The notes under the pieces were generated by a model. The model was given only the letters and a program-made list of their open reading frames with translations. It made no database searches and was not told where the DNA came from. Both the position numbers and the translations under genes were made by a program. This document shows positions 29,596-38,256 of a stretch of DNA of 42,230 nt, piece after piece. Origin of the DNA: Chloroflexota bacterium. Lineage in GTDB: Bacteria > Chloroflexota > UBA11872 > VXNJ01. Every line of letters begins with the position of its first letter. Position 1 is the first letter of the stretch. Location of the stretch: the NCBI GenBank assembly GCA_963577415.1, contig CAUYYU010000002.1, forward strand, positions 1 to 42,230. The letters are read 5' to 3'.

Positions 29596-29621
29596 CACTT
29601 AATGATCGAGATCATTAAGTG
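29596..29621. promoter_or_regulatory. AT-rich perfect palindrome (12-bp arms, 2-bp spacer)
   Basis: cacttaatgatc-ga-gatcattaagtg, containing two GATC sites. It lies 134 bp upstream of the 804-aa gene and at the edge of the dcm-like remnant. Confidence 0.5.
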
Positions 29622-29848
29622 TGCGAGCTGGTGACGGCCGCCTGCTCGAATTCTCTAACTGGGACAGGACCCAAGACGGGCTTCACGTCTTTCGAATTGA
29701 GACGGCTAGGGGAGTGCTGCTGTTCGGTGAGGGTAGCAATACCATTTCGGAAGGGTTAGCCCGCTCGTCCGTTGCGCAGACAAAACAGTACTCGCTCGTC
29801 GGCAACCTCGTGGCCCCCCTGCAGCCAAGTTCATGGCAGGTTGCCTAG
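29621..29848 (+). pseudogene. Possible 3'-terminal remnant of a DNA cytosine-5 methyltransferase
   Basis: ...AQTKQYSLVGNLVAPLQPSSW weakly resembles the C-terminal TQ.YKQ.GN.VP.P.A motif of Dcm enzymes. It lies directly upstream of the vsr remnant. The rest of the gene is absent. Confidence 0.3.
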
Positions 29849-29887
29849 TCGGGGCTGGAGAGTTGGGGAGCGAGGATCAGGGTCAGA

Positions 29888-30142
29888 TTGACTGACATCT
29901 ACTCGCGGGCAAAACGGTCGGAGGTAATGGCTGCGGTTCGGCCTGTGGACACTGAGCCGGAACTTCGCGTTCGACGTGCTCTTCACCAGTGGGGGTTCCT
30001 CTACCGGCTTCACGTGCACGACCTTCCGGGACGTCCCGACATGTTGCTCCCCAGATATAAGGCCATGGTCTAGATAAGGGGCTGCTTCTGGCACAGTCAT
30101 TCGTGTCCGCGGGGCAAGCCACCAAAAAGCAATGCGGTGTGA
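29888..30142 (+). pseudogene. vsr: Very-short-patch repair endonuclease remnant (in-frame TAG, 3' truncated)
   Basis: SRAKRSEVMAAVRPVDTEPELRVRRALHQWGFLYRLHVHDLPGRPDMLLPRYKAMV*IRGCFWHSHSCPRGKPPKSNAV* matches the Vsr N-terminal half. TAG is at 30071-30073. The conserved C-terminal half is missing. Confidence 0.7.
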
Positions 30143-30203
30143 CTACTGCTCTAGGGGCGCTCTTCTCCGGTTGTCGTGCGCTCTAAACCTGTAAATCCTC
30201 TAT

Positions 30204-30278
30204 TGGAGCGGAAGACGGGATTCGAACCCGTGACCCTCTCCTTGGCAAGGAGATGCTCTACCACTGAGCCACTTCCGC
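30204..30278 (-). tRNA. tRNA-Gly (anticodon GCC), CCA encoded
   Basis: GCGGAAGTGGCTCAGTGGTAGAGCATCTCCTTGCCAAGGAGAGGGTCACGGGTTCGAATCCCGTCTTCCGCTCCA folds as a cloverleaf, with anticodon loop TTGCCAA. Confidence 0.95.
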
Positions 30279-30336
30279 CGGCGCCGATTGCTCCCGGAGC
30301 GGAGCCATTCAGCCCTAAGGTACATTCTCATTGTAA

Positions 30337-30424
30337 TGGTGGGGAAGGAGAGACTCGAACTCTCACGGACTCTCGTCCACATGATCCTAAATCATGCTCG
30401 TCTACCAAATTCCGACACTTCCCC
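30337..30424 (-). tRNA. tRNA-Leu (anticodon TAG), long variable arm, CCA encoded
   Basis: GGGGAAG...CATGA-TTTAGGA-TCATG...variable arm...GAGAG-TTCGAGT-CTCTC-CTTCCCC-A-CCA, 88 nt. Confidence 0.9.
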
Positions 30425-30508
30425 GGGCGACCGATGATCCGGTTCCCGGCGAGACCGAGCAGAAGAGGACGCAACGAGACAGCCAAATACCTCATTCCCA
30501 GAGACGAA

Positions 30509-30538
30509 ATTATAGATAGTCGCTTTCTAAGGGGTCAA
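30509..30538 (-). promoter_or_regulatory. Near-consensus sigma-70 promoter for the tRNA-Leu/tRNA-Gly operon
   Basis: On the minus strand, TTGACC-18 nt-TATAAT, about 80 nt upstream of the tRNA-Leu 5' end. Confidence 0.6.
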
Positions 30539-30659
30539 GGAAACGGCCGGCGCGAACCGGACCATCCCTGGTCGGGGCGGGACGAGACCGGCTCAGAAAA
30601 TCGGCCCCCTCCACCGCCGAGCCCACCCGGCCTCCGAAATCGTGCCCGTCCCGCGAACC

Positions 30660-31265
30660 CTAGCCGCCGAATCGCCGGGCGACCTCGTCCCAATTGACCA
30701 CGTTGAACCACGCGGTCACGTAGTCTGGACGCTTGTTCTGATAATTGAGGTAGTACGCGTGCTCCCAGACATCGATTCCAAGAACCGGGTCGCCGGACCC
30801 GTCCATCAGCGGATTGTCCTGGTTGGGCGTGCTGGTGACCTGGAGGTCCCCGGCCGAATTCTTTACCAGCCAGGCCCAGCCGGAGCCAAAGCGTCCGGCC
30901 GCGGCCGCGGAAAACTGCGCCTTCATTTCGTTCAGAGTGCCAAATCCAGCCAGAATCGCGTCCAACAACGCACCGCCAGGCTCGCCTCCACCCGGCGCCA
31001 TGATCTGCCAGAAGAACGAGTGATTCCAGTGGCCGCCACCGCTGTTGCGCACCGCCGTCTGGATACCCCCCGGCAGGGCGTCCAGGTCGCCGATTAGATC
31101 CTCGAGGCTTTTACCCTGCAGATTGGCGTGGGATTCGAGGGCGGCATTGAGCCCGGCGACGTAAGTCGCATGATGTCGATCATGGTGGATTTCCATGGTC
31201 TGAGCGTCGATATGCGGCTCCAAAGCATCAAACGAATAGCCCAATGCCGGTACTTCGTGCGCCAT
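30660..31265 (-). CDS. Fe/Mn superoxide dismutase
   Basis: [32 protein letters not shown]...[12 protein letters not shown] 31265 is preferred over the upstream Met. Confidence 0.9.
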   Translation of the reverse strand: MAHEVPALGYSFDALEPHIDAQTMEIHHDRHHATYVAGLNAALESHANLQGKSLEDLIGDLDALPGGIQTAVRNSGGGHWNHSFFWQIMAPGGGEPGGALLDAILAGFGTLNEMKAQFSAAAAGRFGSGWAWLVKNSAGDLQVTSTPNQDNPLMDGSGDPVLGIDVWEHAYYLNYQNKRPDYVTAWFNVVNWDEVARRFGG

Positions 31266-31458
31266 CAATTCCTCCCTGTGAGGGTTCACCGTTCCCCGGT
31301 ACGATCGTCATACCCACCCGATGGGCGAGGTACAAGTTTATGCTGGCGTGAAGAAGAGCGGGAAATTGCTTTTTTAGAACCCGTCCCGGACTTGTCCCGA
31401 AAGGTTCGGGCCGCCGGCTCCTGTTACCAACGATTCATCCCCGGACAGGCGATGCAAC

Positions 31459-31938
31459 ATGCGCGAACGACCGGACTTCATAAAACATATCTCCGAGATC
31501 GAGCCCTTCCCCTACGAACAGGAAAATCCGCCGGGAGGCAAGGGCCGGACCATCGGCCTGAGCCGGGCGACCGGCGGCCGCAAGATCGGCGCTGACATCC
31601 TCATAGTCGAGCCCGGGGACGTGCTTAGCCACTTTCACTGGCATACGACGTGGGAGGAATTCTTCTACATCTTGCAAGGCGAGTGCTTCGTCAGAGTCGG
31701 GGAGGAACGTTATCCCTTACGGGAGGGCGACGTGATGACCTGCGCGGCCGACATGGGCGAAGGGCATCAGTTCGTCAACGATTCGGACGGCCCGGTCTGG
31801 ATTCTGGCGGTCGACTCACGTAGTGGAGATGACGAAGTGCACCGGCCCGATCTCGGCACCATTTGGCGATGGGCCGATCGCAGCGTGCGCCCGCTGACGC
31901 CGGAAACTGAATCAGGAGCGTCCGGCGGACTGGAGTGA
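31459..31938 (+). CDS. Cupin-domain protein
   Basis: G.VLSHFHWH..WEEFFYILQGE...GD......GEGHQF matches the two-motif cupin pattern. Confidence 0.65.
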   Translation: MRERPDFIKHISEIEPFPYEQENPPGGKGRTIGLSRATGGRKIGADILIVEPGDVLSHFHWHTTWEEFFYILQGECFVRVGEERYPLREGDVMTCAADMGEGHQFVNDSDGPVWILAVDSRSGDDEVHRPDLGTIWRWADRSVRPLTPETESGASGGLE

Positions 31939-32034
31939 GAGGCGCGTTAGAATTCGGGAAGCGGGTTTTCCTTCGCCAAAGCCCATGACCTGAACCCCTG
32001 CAAATCAGAGAAAGCTAGTAGTCACCAACCACTC

Positions 32035-32811
32035 ATGAGAATTCCACCCCTCGTTCGCGTAATCATTGTGTTCGCCGCGGTCATCGGGATCGCGGCGGTC
32101 GTTTTCTACTGGGTTCAATCCCTCCAGACAGACGAAGAGACGCTGCCGCCCATTTCGATAGCGAGCAGCGTGGTGACCGGCGATCGGGAGCAGACCGGCA
32201 TAACGGTGCGGGGCAGGGGTGAGGTCCGGGCGACGCCGGACACCGCCTTCATTACCGTTGGAGTAGAGACGGTGGCGCCGACCGCAGCCGAGGCATCCAC
32301 CGCGCTGGAAAAAATCGCCACCGAAGTCATCGCCGCGATCCGCGAAACCGGTGTAGATGAAGACGACATTCTCACCCGGAGCCTTACCCTGAGTCCAATT
32401 TACGAGCGGTCCGAGGAAGGCGCCGTCAGGCCGAAAATTACCGGTTACCGCGCTTCGACGACCGTTACCGCCACGGTCCGTGACATTGACCTGGCGTCGG
32501 CCGCCTTGGACGCCAGCCTCGTGGCCGGAGCCAACGTAATCGAATCCGTCAGATTCGGCGTGGCCGATGATGATTCCCTGCGCCGGCAAGCACTCGAGGA
32601 CGCAGTGGAGGACGCCGCTCGCAAAGCCGACGCCATGGCTGTCTCCCTGGGCGGCAAAATTGGCGGCCTGATCTGGATCATGGAGGACACTGCTTTCGTT
32701 ACGAATGAACGCACGCTCTCCACAGGGATCAGCATCGCTCAATCGGTTCCCGTGCAAGCCGGAGAGACGATAATCACCGCCACCGTGGTGGCCAATTTCA
32801 GTTACGAGTAA
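32035..32811 (+). CDS. SIMPL/DUF541-domain protein with N-terminal membrane anchor
   Basis: GITVRGRGEVRATPDTAFITVGVE...ITGYRASTTVTATVRD...AL.DAV.DA..KA.A.A resembles the SIMPL family. Confidence 0.7.
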   Translation: MRIPPLVRVIIVFAAVIGIAAVVFYWVQSLQTDEETLPPISIASSVVTGDREQTGITVRGRGEVRATPDTAFITVGVETVAPTAAEASTALEKIATEVIAAIRETGVDEDDILTRSLTLSPIYERSEEGAVRPKITGYRASTTVTATVRDIDLASAALDASLVAGANVIESVRFGVADDDSLRRQALEDAVEDAARKADAMAVSLGGKIGGLIWIMEDTAFVTNERTLSTGISIAQSVPVQAGETIITATVVANFSYE

Positions 32812-32921
32812 CGGCGGGCTCAGGCCGGCGAACCACCGTCACCGGTTTGAATGTTGGAATCGGCGTCGCTGGTAGTAACATCACCCCCGACAACGGCTAG
32901 CAGGGGATATCTGGACCAGAG

Positions 32922-33566
32922 ATGAATATCGCGGTCATTGGGCTGGGTCGGTTCGGCAGCAATCTCGCCCGCACGCTCACCGAGTTGGGGCACGACGTTC
33001 TTGCCGTGGACATGTCGGAGCGGGCCGTGCAAAACATTGCCGACGACGTGTCCCACGCCGTTCGTGCCGACGCTACCGACGAAGCCGTGCTCCAGGACCT
33101 GGGCATCCACGAATACGACGTGGCGTTCGTGGCTCTGGGGGACATAGAATCCAGCATTCTGATAACCATGTTGCTCAAGCAAATGGGAGTCCGTCGGGTA
33201 CACGCGAAGGCGAGAAATAATCTCCACCGGCAGATTCTCGAGCGAATCGGGGCCGATCAGGTGTCTTTCCCGGAAGGCGAAATGGCGGTGCGCGTGGCGC
33301 ATAATCTCGTCGCCCCGAACATCATGGATTACTTCGAGTTGCTCGCTAACTACGGCATTGGGGAAGTACGAGTCCCGCCCAGCTTCGTGGGCAACACCCT
33401 GGCCAGCGCAAATCTGCGCGCCCGGCTCGACGTCAGCGTGCTCGTCATCAAGCGCGGTTCGCAACTGCTGATCATGCCGGACCTCACCGAAACCCTCCAG
33501 TCAGACGACATTCTCGTAGTCGCCGGGCGGGACACCGCGATTGCCAATCTCGAAACGATCGAATAG
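32922..33566 (+). CDS. TrkA/KtrA-type K+ uptake regulatory subunit (RCK N and C domains)
   Basis: MNIAVIGLGRFGSNLARTLTELGHDVLAVD (Rossmann GxGxxG) and a C-terminal TrkA-C-like region (VLVIKRGSQLLIMPDLTETLQSDDILVVAG). Confidence 0.85.
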   Translation: MNIAVIGLGRFGSNLARTLTELGHDVLAVDMSERAVQNIADDVSHAVRADATDEAVLQDLGIHEYDVAFVALGDIESSILITMLLKQMGVRRVHAKARNNLHRQILERIGADQVSFPEGEMAVRVAHNLVAPNIMDYFELLANYGIGEVRVPPSFVGNTLASANLRARLDVSVLVIKRGSQLLIMPDLTETLQSDDILVVAGRDTAIANLETIE

Positions 33567-33647
33567 CAGCCCTCACCCGCGGCGTCCCACCGGCAGTGAC
33601 CACCAGGTTAGATTCTGGGCACCCAAGTTATTTAGCAAATCAGTAGT

Positions 33648-33697
33648 TTGACACTACCCCTAGTGGTGCAGCATCATTCATCCACTACATATTGTGG
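33648..33697 (+). promoter_or_regulatory. Tandem NrdR-box-like palindromes overlapping a TTGACA -35 element
   Basis: Box 1 is ACACTACCCCTAGTGG (33651-33666). Box 2 is CCACTACATATTGTGG (33682-33697). They are 31 bp apart start to start. TTGACA is at 33648-33653. Confidence 0.55.
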
Positions 33698-33788
33698 GGT
33701 GCGGCCGTCGGCTCCCGTCTCGATCGCGTAAACGGGATGGATGCCGTCCGGCCAAGGATGACCCGGAACCCGTGGGGTACGGCGACCA

Positions 33789-34142
33789 TTGATTCGATTG
33801 CTTGGACGGTCTTACTACACAGCGGACGGCCGGTCGTATTGCATCGAAACGTGCGAGATGCTGGCCCTCGCCGGAATTTACGACGTCATGCTGTTCGAGA
33901 TACGGCGTGACTCCCAGGTGTTCAATCTGGGTGTGGCGTTCCCGAACGACGTCTCCACCCAGATCTCGTCGATCGGGCTGCGATTCGATCACGGCAGCTC
34001 ACTTATCGAGCACGGGCTGGCGCAGGTTCGCCAGCAGCTTGATCTGGGGATTGAAGAGGACGGGCGGGTCTTCGAATCACCGCTTCGAGGAGGCGTGCCG
34101 CGCGCCTTCGGCCCGGCGCCCGGTCGCCGGCACTTCGCCTAA
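33789..34142 (+). CDS. Hypothetical ORF between the NrdR boxes and nrdJ (may instead be a non-coding leader)
   Basis: 117-codon ORF with a TTG start, GC-rich third positions and no recognisable domain. Confidence 0.3.
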   Translation: MIRLLGRSYYTADGRSYCIETCEMLALAGIYDVMLFEIRRDSQVFNLGVAFPNDVSTQISSIGLRFDHGSSLIEHGLAQVRQQLDLGIEEDGRVFESPLRGGVPRAFGPAPGRRHFA

Positions 34143-34150
34143 CCGCACCG

Positions 34151-36736
34151 GTGCCCGGCGATGAACACCCCGGTCTTAACCTCCCTATTACCCTCCAAGG
34201 CCCTTTGCGCGAGAATAGAGACGAAGACGTGGAATTGAGAGAGCGAAGAGAAGTGCTGCCCCAAATCACGGACAACGCCCTGGAAGTGCTGAAGCAACGC
34301 TATTTCCTCAAGGACGCCGTCAATCACCCCACCGAGGACGTGGAGCAATTCTTCCGTCGGGTGGTGCGAGGAGTGATTGATGCCGAGGTGGAGGCCGGTT
34401 GGACGACAACCGAAGAAGCCGAAAAGCTCAACGAATCCGCCTATCAATTGCTGCGGGGCCTGCGATTCATTCCGAATAGCCCTTGCCTCATGAACTCGGG
34501 CAAGCCCGAGGGTTACAACCAGATGGCCGCCTGTTTCGTCCTGCCGGTAGAGGACTCTCTGCGCAGCATCAAGCAGGCGGATTTCGACGCCGCCCTGATC
34601 CACCAGAGCGGCGGCGGCACCGGATTCAATTTCTCGAAAATCCGCCCGCGCGGCGACTTCGTGCGAGGCTCCGGCGGCGTCGCCAGCGGCCCCGTCAGCT
34701 TCATGTCGGTGATCGATTACTCCTGCGGCGAGGTAAAGCAGGGCGGTACCCGGCGCGGAGCCAACATGGGCATCCTCAACATCGACCACCCCGACATCAT
34801 GGAATTCATCCATTGCAAGAACGAAGATGGCCGGATATCGAATTTCAACATCTCGGTCGGCATAACCGACGCCTTCATCCAGGCGGTCGATAAGGGCGAA
34901 GAATACGACCTGATCAACCCGCGCACCGGGGAAGTCCACGTCGAGCCCACCACCGGCGAGGAACAACGCCTGAACGCCACCGCGGTGTGGAACGAACTGG
35001 TTGAGAGCGCCTGGCTGAACGGTGAGCCGGGCATCATTTTCCTCGATCGCATCAAAGGCACGAACCCCACCCCGGCCGTCGGCGAGCAGGACACTACGAA
35101 CCCCTGCGGCGAGCAGCCGCTGTTGCCCTATGAAGCCTGCGTCCTCGGCAGCATCAAGCTCAGCGCCTATGTCACGGCCGAGCAGGAAATCGATTGGGAA
35201 TTCCTGCGGGAGGACCTGCATCTTTCCATACGTTTCCTGGACGACATGGTTGAGGCAAGCAGCTTCCCCCTCGAGGCCATCGACAAGATCGTGAAGCACG
35301 GCAACCGACGGGTGGGACTCGGCATCATGGGTTGGGCTGACATGCTCTACCAGCTCAAAATCCCCTACAACAGCGAGCAGGCCGTCATGTTGGGCGAAAA
35401 GGTGATGGCGTTCGTCAACGACGAATCCCGCCTGGCAAGCGAGGAATTGGCGGCGGAGCGCGGGCCGTTTCCGAACTGGGAAAAATCAATCTGGAACGAG
35501 CGCGGCGACCGGCCGCGCCGCAACGCCACCGTTACCACCATCGCCCCGACCGGCACGATCTCGATGATCGCCGCCGCCTCCGGCGGTATCGAGCCGCAGT
35601 TCGCGCTCGTGTACTGGAAAAACGTGATGCGGAACTCGGAAAACGAGGCCACATCGCTGCGGTACCTGAACGGGATTTTCGAATCCTACGCCATCGAGCA
35701 TGAGTTCTACGGCGAGGACCTCATAGAGGCAATCGAGGCCAATCACGGCAGCGTCCGCATAGGCCCCGACACCCCGGAGGCGGCCGCCAGGGTGCTGCAG
35801 CGAGTGCCGTTGGAGGCACGCGACATATTCATCACCGCCCACGATGTCTCGCCAGAGGCTCACATTCGGACGCAGGCCGCCTTTCAGCGGCACACCGAGA
35901 ACGCGGTCTCTAAAACGATCAATTTCGCCAACAGCGCCGTCCAGGAAGACATCCAGGCCGCATACCGAATGGCCTACGATCTCGGCTGCAAAGGCGTCAC
36001 CGTTTACCGGGACGGCAGCCGCCAGTTTCAGGTGATGACGACATCGGCGACCGAGGCCGCTCAGGATGCCGAGCCCGCCGTGGCGGTGGTCCCCGGGACG
36101 ACCAAATATCGGGAGCGGCCGAAGATGGTGTCGGGCACCACGTCGGCGGTGCCGACCGGCTGCGGCGATCTGTTCGTCACCCTCAACGACGATGAAGACG
36201 GCAACCCATTCGAGGCCTTCGCTACCCTCGGCAAGGCCGGTGGCTGCGCCGCCGCCCAGACCGAAGCGATCGGCCGTCTGATCTCCCTGGCGCTGCGCAG
36301 CGGTCTCTCGGCGGACCGTGTCCATCGGCAGTTGCGCGGCATCACCTGCCACCGCCCGATCGGCATGGGACCAAATCGCACGCTCTCCTGCGCCGATGCC
36401 ATAGCCAAGGCGATCTCGGCAAAATACCTCGACAACACCGGCACATACCAGCCTTACGTCGACGCTCAGGGCGAGGGCACCTATACCGAAGCAGGTGGGG
36501 CGGGGGTACTGCCGGGAACGTCACCGACACCGGGCAATGGCGGTCCATCCGGTGCCGCCCGTCCCGTAGGGCTGGTGGTCGCGGTGCAGGAGTCCATGAT
36601 CGCCGGGGACGAGATGGTTCCCATATACGATGTGGCTCAAGAGCGTGGCGCTTGCCCGACCTGTGGGTCGAGCCAGATGTACTTCTCCGAAGGTTGCGTC
36701 ACCTGCGTCGTGTGCGGTTTTTCCGAGTGCGGATAG
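34151..36736 (+). CDS. nrdJ: Adenosylcobalamin-dependent (class II) ribonucleotide reductase
   Basis: Motifs are SPCLMNSG, ACFVL, GGGTGFNFS, TNPCGEQPL and VSKTINF, with a C-terminal CPTCGS...CVTCVVCG zinc ribbon. The true start may be an internal GTG near 34229. Confidence 0.9.
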   Translation: MPGDEHPGLNLPITLQGPLRENRDEDVELRERREVLPQITDNALEVLKQRYFLKDAVNHPTEDVEQFFRRVVRGVIDAEVEAGWTTTEEAEKLNESAYQLLRGLRFIPNSPCLMNSGKPEGYNQMAACFVLPVEDSLRSIKQADFDAALIHQSGGGTGFNFSKIRPRGDFVRGSGGVASGPVSFMSVIDYSCGEVKQGGTRRGANMGILNIDHPDIMEFIHCKNEDGRISNFNISVGITDAFIQAVDKGEEYDLINPRTGEVHVEPTTGEEQRLNATAVWNELVESAWLNGEPGIIFLDRIKGTNPTPAVGEQDTTNPCGEQPLLPYEACVLGSIKLSAYVTAEQEIDWEFLREDLHLSIRFLDDMVEASSFPLEAIDKIVKHGNRRVGLGIMGWADMLYQLKIPYNSEQAVMLGEKVMAFVNDESRLASEELAAERGPFPNWEKSIWNERGDRPRRNATVTTIAPTGTISMIAAASGGIEPQFALVYWKNVMRNSENEATSLRYLNGIFESYAIEHEFYGEDLIEAIEANHGSVRIGPDTPEAAARVLQRVPLEARDIFITAHDVSPEAHIRTQAAFQRHTENAVSKTINFANSAVQEDIQAAYRMAYDLGCKGVTVYRDGSRQFQVMTTSATEAAQDAEPAVAVVPGTTKYRERPKMVSGTTSAVPTGCGDLFVTLNDDEDGNPFEAFATLGKAGGCAAAQTEAIGRLISLALRSGLSADRVHRQLRGITCHRPIGMGPNRTLSCADAIAKAISAKYLDNTGTYQPYVDAQGEGTYTEAGGAGVLPGTSPTPGNGGPSGAARPVGLVVAVQESMIAGDEMVPIYDVAQERGACPTCGSSQMYFSEGCVTCVVCGFSECG

Positions 36737-36878
36737 GCGACGTCGGCCGCCCCGGCTGATCGCGCCCCCCGGAAATCGCCCCCGGCCCCGCATTTCCCTT
36801 CGGCGCTGGACCGGCCCGCGTCTATAATCCGGGTCCTGCAACCGCGGCTTTTCAACTCTTCGCGCGGGCGGTGCCCAA

Positions 36879-37172
36879 ATGGACGGACATTCGTTTCTCA
36901 TCTTCGCGGACTTCGTGAGCCGTGAACGGGATGCGGTGGCGACATTGCGCGAAGAGGCCGCCCGGAGCGATGTTCGTTGTACCGAAGCCTGGTTCATGTC
37001 GATGGCGATGGGGCATCCGGGCGCGTCCGACGAGGACAAGCAGAGGGCTCGCGACATCCTGGCGGAAGCCAACTCCGCCCAGGAGGTCGCCGGGCGGGCG
37101 GTCGAAGATGCGACCCGCAGGCTGGAGTATTACGAGGCGTTTCTGAAGCAGTGCACGCCCGGCCCTACGTAA
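36879..37172 (+). CDS. Hypothetical protein
   Basis: 97-aa ORF with no recognisable domain. Confidence 0.35.
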   Translation: MDGHSFLIFADFVSRERDAVATLREEAARSDVRCTEAWFMSMAMGHPGASDEDKQRARDILAEANSAQEVAGRAVEDATRRLEYYEAFLKQCTPGPT

Positions 37173-37236
37173 ATTCACCCCGGAAACTCGCCTTGTCAGT
37201 CCAACCCGCCACCGCGATCCCAGCCTGAGCACGTCG

Positions 37237-38256
37237 ATGCGTCAGTCCACCCTGGGTAGAACCGGCGAACAGGTGTCCGTCCTTGGCTGCGGAACCATGT
37301 GGTTCGCCGACCTCTCCCAGGCCGAGACCACCCGGACCCTAAATCACGCCCTCGATCGCGGCGTGACCTACTTCGACTGCGCGCGCGGTTACGGAGATGC
37401 CGAGATCAAAGTCGGGAAGGCGATCGGTCATCGACATGACGAATTCTTCATCGCCACCAAGACGGCCAAGCGCGATCGCGCTTCGGCGGCCAGAGAGATA
37501 GACGAATCGTTATCGCGGCTGGGCATGGACCATCTGGACCTGATCCAGCTCCACTACGTGAATAGCCAGCCTGAGTTCGACCAGATCATGGCCCCGGACG
37601 GCGCGCTGGCGGCGGCGGTGCACGCACAGGCCGCCGGCAAGGTGAGACACATCGGCATCACCGGGCACCGGCCGGAGTTACTGGCCGCCTGGATCGGCGA
37701 GTTTGAATTCGCTACTGTCCTCTTTCACCTCAGCCCGGTACAGCCATTCTCGGCGACTGAACTCCTGCCACGAGCGCGGGAGCGGGAGGTCGGGACGATC
37801 GCCATGCGGCCTGTAGGCTCCGGCGCCATCCGCCGCGTGTCGGAGTCGATCCGCTACGTACATTCCCATGGGGTCGACGTCGTCCTGTCCGGGCTCACTA
37901 CCCCGGCGATAGTGGACGAGAATGTCGAGACGCTTGCGTCCTCCGTTGAGGAACCGGAACAACAGGCACTGACATCTTGGGTGCTGTCGATCGAAAATAA
38001 CGGCTGTCGGCGCTGTAACTATTGTTCGTGCCCGGTGGGCATTCACATCCCGGACATGCTGATTACCGAACCCCTGCAGCGACACGATTGGTTTACCCCT
38101 GCGGGCAAAGAGGACTGGGCCGAAGCGACCGCGTCGGTGCACAAGTGCGAAGGTCACGAGCCATGCCGGACAGAGCCCATCTGTGAATCGAAATGCCCCT
38201 ACGATCTTCCGATCCGCAGCACTGCTCTGCGGGTCGCCGGGGTGGAGGCGCAATGA
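37237..38256 (+). CDS. Aldo/keto reductase with C-terminal Cys-rich (Fe-S-like) extension
   Basis: YFDCARGYG, FIATKT, DLIQLHY and GITGH are AKR motifs. The C-terminus is CRRCNYCSCP...CESKCP. Confidence 0.75.
   Translation: MRQSTLGRTGEQVSVLGCGTMWFADLSQAETTRTLNHALDRGVTYFDCARGYGDAEIKVGKAIGHRHDEFFIATKTAKRDRASAAREIDESLSRLGMDHLDLIQLHYVNSQPEFDQIMAPDGALAAAVHAQAAGKVRHIGITGHRPELLAAWIGEFEFATVLFHLSPVQPFSATELLPRAREREVGTIAMRPVGSGAIRRVSESIRYVHSHGVDVVLSGLTTPAIVDENVETLASSVEEPEQQALTSWVLSIENNGCRRCNYCSCPVGIHIPDMLITEPLQRHDWFTPAGKEDWAEATASVHKCEGHEPCRTEPICESKCPYDLPIRSTALRVAGVEAQ

Larger units (their letters stand above)
23433..30249. mobile_element. Putative degraded tRNA-Gly-associated genomic island (about 6.7 kb) bounded by att-like direct repeats
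   Basis: The geometry matches integration into the tRNA 3' end: intact tRNA at one end, and a displaced 3' fragment with its terminator at the other. The cargo is two YfhO-like genes plus dcm/vsr remnants. No integrase was recognised. Confidence 0.45.

Noticed and set aside
1269-30073. The in-frame TAA, TAG and TGA codons might indicate an alternative genetic code or stop-codon reassignment.
   Set aside because: All three codons terminate intact, conserved genes at their expected C-termini. TAG does so in groL, trmD, rpsP, nrdJ and clpX. TGA does so in murD, smpB, tig and clpP. TAA does so in the SIMPL protein. The interrupted positions align to different amino acids (Tyr, Glu/Gln, Arg, Phe), and the same genes also carry frameshifts.
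30337-30424. A tRNA with a TAG anticodon might be a possible suppressor.
   Set aside because: Anticodon 5'-UAG-3' reads the Leu codons CUA and CUG. The long variable arm and overall sequence are those of a normal tRNA-Leu.
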